From Leucoraja ocellata (lineage: Eukaryota), in the NCBI GenBank assembly GCA_036785375.1, contig JAWMAR010000286.1:2418001-2482000 (forward strand): a stretch of 64,000 bases of DNA. The letters run 5' to 3'. The notes under the pieces are model-generated. The model was given only the letters and a program-made list of their open reading frames with translations, was not told the origin of the DNA and made no database searches. Shown piece after piece: positions 62,420 through 64,000 of the stretch. The position numbers were made by a program, and so were the translations under genes. Each line of letters begins with the position of its first letter. Position 1 is the stretch's first letter.

Positions 62420-62625
62420 ATAAAGGAACTGCAGATGCTGGTTTAAACAAAAGATTGACACAAAATGCTGGAGTAACAAAATGCAGGCAGCATCTCTGGA
62501 GAGAAGGAATTGGTGACGTTTCGGGTCTGAAGAAGGGTCTCGGCCCGAAACATCACCCATTCCTTCTCTCCAGAGATACTGCCTGGCCCGCTGAGTTACT
62601 GCAGCATTTTGTGTCTATCTTTAGT
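62420..62625. repeat. Inverted pair of Penelope tails (fold-back); a similar pair lies at 61405-61605
   Basis: gacacaaaatgctggagtaac..ggtgacgtttcggg mirrored by cccgaaacatcacc..gttactgcagcattttgtgtc. Confidence 0.8.
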
Positions 62626-62644
62626 TTCAAAAGGAATTCAATAG

Positions 62645-62940
62645 GGACAGTGTTGTTGCGGTAGAGCTATTGCCTTACAGCGCCAGAGATCCAGGTTCGA
62701 TCCTGACCACGGGTGCTTGTCTGTACGAAGTTTGTATGTTCTCCCCAGGATCCCTGCATGGATTTTTTCCGAGATCTTTGGTTTCCTCCCACACTCTAAA
62801 GACTTACATGTTTGTAAGTTAATTGGCTTGGTATAAATGTTAATTTGTCTCTAGTGTGTGTAGGATATTGTTGCTGTGCGGGGATCGCTGGTCGGTGCAG
62901 ACTCGGTGGGCCGAAGGGTCTGTATCTCAAAACTAAACTA
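62645..62940 (+). mobile_element. tRNA-derived V-SINE/HE1-like SINE; partial copy at 3436-3495
   Basis: B-box ggttcgatcc, V-domain, aaactaaactaaa tail. Confidence 0.8.
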
Positions 62941-63609
62941 AAAAAGACTAGGGTACATCAGATGCCCTAAATACGTGCTATTGTGGTTGACGTGGAACTG
63001 CGCAGGATAACAAGGTGCCAGGAGTGACTATAGAAGAAGCGACTATGTTTACAAAGAAGTCTCACCAAAGTTGTTCAGAAAGGATGATGATCTACAATAA
63101 AGGCTGTGTTTTTGAATGTCCCAATCGATCAGAGAGAGATACAAAGGTTAGTAAAGATAAAATATGTGGTATTTACAAAGACCCGAGGGAGTTAGAGAAT
63201 GAGTTGAGAAATTCCCAGACTGAAGGAGAATAACATAAACAGATTGATTGTACATTCGGTTGAATCAATAAGGTTATGATTCAACCGAATGAAGGAAATG
63301 CTCATAGCTGAAGTTGCTACTCATTTATCTTGTGCCAGGCCCCTTAGTTATTTGCTAGAGCTGCCAAAAATTACATAAGCATTAAGTAAAGAAAGGCTCC
63401 AAGAATGTCAGCTCTTTATGGCAACTTTAAATACTGGAAAACAAAGCTACCTGCATTGCTACAAATTCAGGTAGACGTGACCTCTCCAGGCTGTTGATTT
63501 ACTCTCCCCCCCCCCCCCCCCCCCCCCACCCCACCATCATCAAATGTCGAGCCACTGCACCAGTATCCCAGCACAAGACATCAAGAGGGTAGTGGTGATG
63601 AGATACTTT

Positions 63610-64000
63610 GGAGAGGGTTACCACCTTGTTGTGGTACAGAAGCCTGTGTGTGCCTAACATCTAGAGAGTTAAGCTAACTGGAGTTACGCTGCTGGCAGGG
63701 TCATTCATGGCGGGCAAGTCAAGGGGGAGGCTCGTGACAAAGAAGCTGTCATGAGCCTCCCAAGAAATTGATCTCAATGGTGAAACAGGCGGAGGATGGT
63801 GGCTGGCCAGCAGGTGGAGCACCACAACAGCTGAGAAGGTGGAAGAAGGCTGCAGCAAAGGAGAGATTCCCAACTATCGTGGAGTCCACATTGTTGGACC
63901 CGCCCGCGTCAGTCTCTGTTAAGGTCTGTGTGGTGGTTGTCCGTGCACGAGACTCCCTGCATTAAAATATGTCATGCACAGGCATCCACCTGGAGGGATA
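63610..64000 (+). mobile_element. RTE (Rex3/Expander-like) 5' UTR remnant
   Basis: ttaccaccttgttgtgg..ggcagggtcattcatggcgggcaagtcaaggggg resembles the remembered RTE 5' end. Confidence 0.4.

Noticed and set aside
62645-62720. tRNA gene
   Set aside because: This is a SINE head continuing into the V-domain and tail, with no complete cloverleaf.

Overview
This is eukaryotic, repeat-dominated DNA. The CR1, V-SINE/HE1-type SINE, Penelope and Rex1/Babar repertoire suggests a cartilaginous fish, probably a skate (inference). No intact host protein-coding gene is evident, and most ORF-track entries are transposon fragments or spurious. Main contents: (1) a very young Gypsy LTR retrotransposon (4717-9476) with identical 207-bp LTRs, a CTGTG target-site duplication (TSD) and a gag-pol frame broken only at two homopolymer runs; (2) a full-length DIRS1-type tyrosine-recombinase retrotransposon (16451-21409, minus) with ITRs and ICR, nested in an L1-like tail inside a minisatellite-bearing non-autonomous Helitron, whose second copy lies inverted at 40200-42690; (3) a deleted epsilon/gamma-like endogenous retrovirus (24605-30581) with LTRs, a 4-bp TSD and gag, integrase and env-TM remnants; (4) a multi-exon, stop-containing TTC3/DZIP3-like gene relic on the minus strand (~22710-47730) that the ORF track largely misses; (5) many Penelope fragments with minimal hammerhead-like motifs; (6) a GC-rich non-coding retroposon family with a covarying hairpin. 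Family assignments rest on remembered motifs, not database searches.
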